A stretch of DNA of 64,000 nucleotides from Ferruginibacter sp. (lineage in GTDB: Bacteria; Bacteroidota; Bacteroidia; Chitinophagales; Chitinophagaceae): the NCBI GenBank assembly GCA_031424955.1, contig JANPIJ010000377.1, positions 20,306-84,305 on the forward strand, read 5' to 3'. A program made the translations under genes and the position numbers. The stretch's first letter is position 1. Every line of letters begins with the position of its first letter. Shown here in pieces: positions 60,265-64,000 of this stretch. The notes below the pieces were generated by a model, which made no database searches, was not told the origin of the DNA, and was given only the letters and a program-made list of their open reading frames with translations.

Positions 60265-60445
60265 GTACTTCGGCGGGGATTTCAAATCAAACAGCCACAA
60301 GAACCGTAGTTTCATTTAATATCCTTTCAAGTTTATTTGCCTTTTTGTCGAGGTGAACATTAGAAATAATAAAAAAACGGACGCAGATTCAGAACTGCTT
60401 CCATTTTTATTGGATGACTATCACAAAAACAATTGTTACCCAAAA

Positions 60446-61141
60446 TCAATCCCTGTTCCTGCCTGAATAAATCATAATATAATAAACCAACATCGCAACC
60501 GATGATAATGCAGCCACTACATAAGTAAGCGCTGCCCACTTTAATGCATCTTTTGCCTGGTCATATTCCATATTCCTGGCTATATGTGAAGTATCCAACC
60601 ATTTTAATGCCCTTGCTGACGCATCAAATTCAACCGGTAATGTTACCAGTGTAAATAATGTGGAGACTGCAAAGAGTATTATACCTATTAATAAAATCGT
60701 TTGGTTGCCTCCCCCAAACCCCATCATTCCAAGACCCGCAATTATAACCCACTGTGATAAATTGGTACTGATTTGAGTAATAGGTACCAGGCGACTCCGT
60801 AGCATTAACATTGAATAAGCAGTTGCATGCTGAACTGCATGGCCACACTCATGGGCCGCCACAGCAGCTGCAGAAACATTCCTTCCTTCATACACATCCG
60901 GACTCAGGTTAACCGTCTTTTTTAGGGGATCGTAATGGTCTGACAAAAAGCCCGGAACGGATACTACTTCAACATCGTAAATCCCATTATCCCGCAGCAT
61001 TTTTACCGCCACTTCCTTTCCGTTTAAACCAGATGACACAGCCGCTTCACTGTACTGTTTGAATTTACTCTTTAGCCTGAATTGCACCAGCATTCCTATT
61101 AGCATGAATAGAACAGAAATAGCCATTATACCTATTGTCAT
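60446..61141 (-). CDS. Membrane zinc metallopeptidase (YugP / Zn_peptidase_2)
   Basis: LSDHYDP, AAHECGHAVQH, TLPVEFDASARA and AALTYV motifs. Confidence 0.92.
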   Translation of the reverse strand: MTIGIMAISVLFMLIGMLVQFRLKSKFKQYSEAAVSSGLNGKEVAVKMLRDNGIYDVEVVSVPGFLSDHYDPLKKTVNLSPDVYEGRNVSAAAVAAHECGHAVQHATAYSMLMLRSRLVPITQISTNLSQWVIIAGLGMMGFGGGNQTILLIGIILFAVSTLFTLVTLPVEFDASARALKWLDTSHIARNMEYDQAKDALKWAALTYVVAALSSVAMLVYYIMIYSGRNRD

Positions 61142-61290
61142 ATTATATGTTTTTCAGATTATTTTACAAAAAACATTCCTTTCCGATTTACATGACAAAT
61201 TTGCAAAATGTACATTAGCCGTTTCTACAGCAGAGCTCATAAAAACAGGAGCAACTATAATAGAAGGGGGCAATGAATCGGTTTACAAAA

Positions 61291-61318
61291 GAAAAGGCCT
61301 CCTGTAAAGGAAGCCTTT
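61291..61318 (-). terminator. Probable terminator
   Basis: AAAGGCCTCCT-GTAA-AGGAAGCCTTT hairpin just past the 61341 stop. Confidence 0.6.
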
Positions 61319-61340
61319 ATTAAAAATGATCTGTTGAAAT

Positions 61341-62981
61341 CTATAGCTTTTGCAACTTGCCGTTGAAATTTATTTCTTCATTGTAAACAGTTACATAATA
61401 AACTCCTGCACCCAATGTTGGCAAACTATTCATTACTAACGAATTATTTCCTTTTATTACATTGATGACTTTAGAATAAACCAGGTTACCTGCGCTATTC
61501 TGAATTCTTATAGTAGCTGTAGCCGTTTTATTAGCACCAAAAGAAACGGTAAAATTATTTGTAAATGGATTAGGAAACACCTCGAAACTGGTTTTAGCTG
61601 CAAGGTTAAGTTTTAAAATTGAGGAGAAAGTTGCTTTCCCGTCAATATCAATTTGTTTCAAGCGATAATAAACATGATTACCAGCATTGCCGGTGATATT
61701 ATCCAGGTAACTGTAGTTTTTGATTGTATTACTGTTACCGGCACTTTTAATGCTACCCACTTTTTCGAAATCCTGGCCATCAGTACTTCTGAATAATTCA
61801 AACCGGTCGCTGTTCAATTCCTGGCTTGTTTGCCAATCCAATATAGCCTTGCCCGCAGCATAGCGTCCGGTAAAGGAAGTTAACTGAACAGGAAGGGGGC
61901 CGCAATCTGCAACAAGTAGCGTATAATCATTAAAATAAATACATGCAGGGTTAGAAAGACCAGGCTGTGATGTAGATACTGCCAATCGGTATTTATAACC
62001 ATTCATAGAGGACGTAACATTATTCAACGTATTCGTTAATGTATAGGAATTGCCCACGTATGTTGCCTGGCTACCGTTTGTAGTATTGTTAAAGGTAATA
62101 CCACCATCGGTACTCACTTGCCATTTATACCATGTATTGGCCTGGGTATTGTCTGAAACTACATAATTGATTACAATATTACTGCCTGAGCAACTAGAAG
62201 AGGATGACGGTCCGTTAACCGCAATTTGAGATTCGCAAACATTGAATGAAATATCATCCAGGCCCAAATCATTGCCTCCCGCCGCGGAAGTTGCATTAAT
62301 AACCTCCAGGTTCATTAGATCAGCCGTTGCGACAAAAGATCCAGAAACCTTAACCCAGGTAGGAGTATTAGTATATGGAATCAGGCCAGAATTTGCAATG
62401 ACAGTTCCATTTACTCTAAAAGAAATATTTGGTTGCGCCCCCTCTTTTGCATAGCTGCTGGTTGCAGGAAGTAAATTAATTACCCAGGCAGAAAACTCAT
62501 AAGTAGCGCCAATGCATACCGGGATTGATTTGATTTTATAAAATACCGGGCTGAGGTTTGTATTGGGTGCTCCATTCACAGCCAGAAAATAACCGCCATC
62601 ACCTGTGTGTTCCTTGCCCCTCCAGTCACCTTTGATACAATTTCCACCATTATTATCCCCAATCGTTTTTAGCACAGAATACCTGAACTCCTGGGTGAGG
62701 CCTGTACTTAAGGAAGAGTAAGTGTAATCAGAGCAAGGAATAGCTGTACCGGCAACAGCGCAACCTGACAATGCATTTCCTATATTTCCAGCAGGGTTAA
62801 ATGTGTTTGATCCGGAAGATATACAGGCGGATGCACCGGTATTTTCTGTTATAAACGGAGCGCTGAACGTGCCTTTTGCACCTAGTAAATTAGGTCCTTT
62901 TACACCATTGCATTGTGCGTTGGTCGTTTGGTAACTGTACATAGATATTACAGCCATGATAATTGAGTAGAACTTTTTCAT
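61341..62981 (-). CDS. T9SS type A sorting domain secreted protein
   Basis: Signal peptide; PLPVQLTSF, YYRLKQIDIDG, VFPNPF and GVYYV motifs; GGNDLGLDDISF beta-sandwich motif. Confidence 0.9.
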   Translation of the reverse strand: MKKFYSIIMAVISMYSYQTTNAQCNGVKGPNLLGAKGTFSAPFITENTGASACISSGSNTFNPAGNIGNALSGCAVAGTAIPCSDYTYSSLSTGLTQEFRYSVLKTIGDNNGGNCIKGDWRGKEHTGDGGYFLAVNGAPNTNLSPVFYKIKSIPVCIGATYEFSAWVINLLPATSSYAKEGAQPNISFRVNGTVIANSGLIPYTNTPTWVKVSGSFVATADLMNLEVINATSAAGGNDLGLDDISFNVCESQIAVNGPSSSSSCSGSNIVINYVVSDNTQANTWYKWQVSTDGGITFNNTTNGSQATYVGNSYTLTNTLNNVTSSMNGYKYRLAVSTSQPGLSNPACIYFNDYTLLVADCGPLPVQLTSFTGRYAAGKAILDWQTSQELNSDRFELFRSTDGQDFEKVGSIKSAGNSNTIKNYSYLDNITGNAGNHVYYRLKQIDIDGKATFSSILKLNLAAKTSFEVFPNPFTNNFTVSFGANKTATATIRIQNSAGNLVYSKVINVIKGNNSLVMNSLPTLGAGVYYVTVYNEEINFNGKLQKL

Positions 62982-63175
62982 TCCTTTGTGGTTTAAATTT
63001 TTAAAAATTGAAGCAAGCGGAAATGCAAAAGATATACTGGATTAATAATAGTGGCTTAGCATAAAATGCTAGAATAATGCTACTTAATAAAAATGATGGA
63101 TTATTGACTTTCTAAGTGGATATTAGGGTTTCAGATTAACTTCCCAGATCGTGACGCCAGGTAAAGAGGTGAGGC

Positions 63176-63183
63176 AAATTTAT
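63176..63183 (-). promoter_or_regulatory. Bacteroidota -7 promoter element
   Basis: TAAATTTG on the minus strand about 195 bp upstream of the T9SS cargo gene. Confidence 0.45.
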
Positions 63184-64000
63184 ACATCTTTTTTGAATCA
63201 CCAAATATTTTTTTAATTGGTCCGTGAAAATATCTCCTGCACTCCGGTAATTGACTTTCCTGAACAAAACTGATTTTAATCAAGATGATTGACCCTGGCG
63301 ATAAATTACATTGCGTTCATTTTTTGAACGAACCCCGACACACCTGGTTAATACAACTCCAAAAATTTCAAACTAACTTTTAATTTAATTTGACTCCAAA
63401 GTATTGATTGATTAGAAGCACCTGTCAGATTACTGTAGCTGATTGCATTATTAAATTAATGGAACATTAAAAAAATAACTGATTATAATAAATATAGCAT
63501 GCATCAACGCTTTCAACACCGCCGTTTTCAATTTTATTGGTCGGTACTTTACTAAATGGAATACCTATATTGGCCTGATAAAGAAAGAAAAGGGATGAAT
63601 GGAATAGCGGGCAGGGATGTAAAACTTCAAAATCACGCATCTCAAAACAATCAAATTCAGATGAGGTTATTTTACAGTACCATATATGAGCATTATATCC
63701 AGGCACAAAATGAATTGCAAAATAAAGCCCGTTTAAACTCAAACAAAATTTTGCTAAAGTTCATTTGTTATTTATATTTGTCTATTAAAATTGTGGACTA
63801 TTATTTAACTGCACCACTCACATGAAATCGAATACCGGTTTTTTGATAGCAATCATCAGAGGCTTGCCTGCATATTGTTATCAAAATCTTGTTGATTGAA
63901 GTATAGTTAAAAAGCGAATCTTTAGTAATAAATTCTATCGCCCTTATTTATTTCTATAATCAAATTTATTTGGCAGGCAAAAAAAATGATCAACTCATGC

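Noticed and set aside
63467-63825. Two overlapping opposite-strand ORFs near the right edge
   Set aside because: AT-rich, no recognisable motifs; neither can be supported.

Overview
Bacteroidota chromosome segment, probably Chitinophagaceae (inferred from gldD/gldE, a T9SS C-terminal-domain protein, bS22 and TAnnTTTG promoter elements). Bases 1-16230 are the 5' part of a minus-strand NRPS cluster: Sfp-type PPTase, a type II thioesterase broken by one in-frame TGA, a CmlA-type diiron beta-hydroxylase, an NRPS of architecture Cstarter-A(Ser)-T-C-FkbH, and a second NRPS T-C-A(Lys-like)-T-C-A(Asp)-T that runs off the window and is missing from the ORF track. The rest is mostly housekeeping genes (leuS, ftsX, uppP, ruvC, greA, tsaB, nadB, ispG, gldDE, ssb, mutY, HU, bS22, rne/rng). 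The most striking feature is a 639-bp (exactly 213-codon) element inserted in frame in leuS. It carries a DUF559/Vsr-like endonuclease domain between long palindromic terminal inverted repeats, has no intein motifs, and has a second 21-bp palindrome nested in frame inside one repeat. Also notable are the glycerate-loading FkbH module split across two NRPS proteins and an uncharacterised three-gene cassette between nadB and ispG. All family assignments come from motif recognition by eye; no searches were run.
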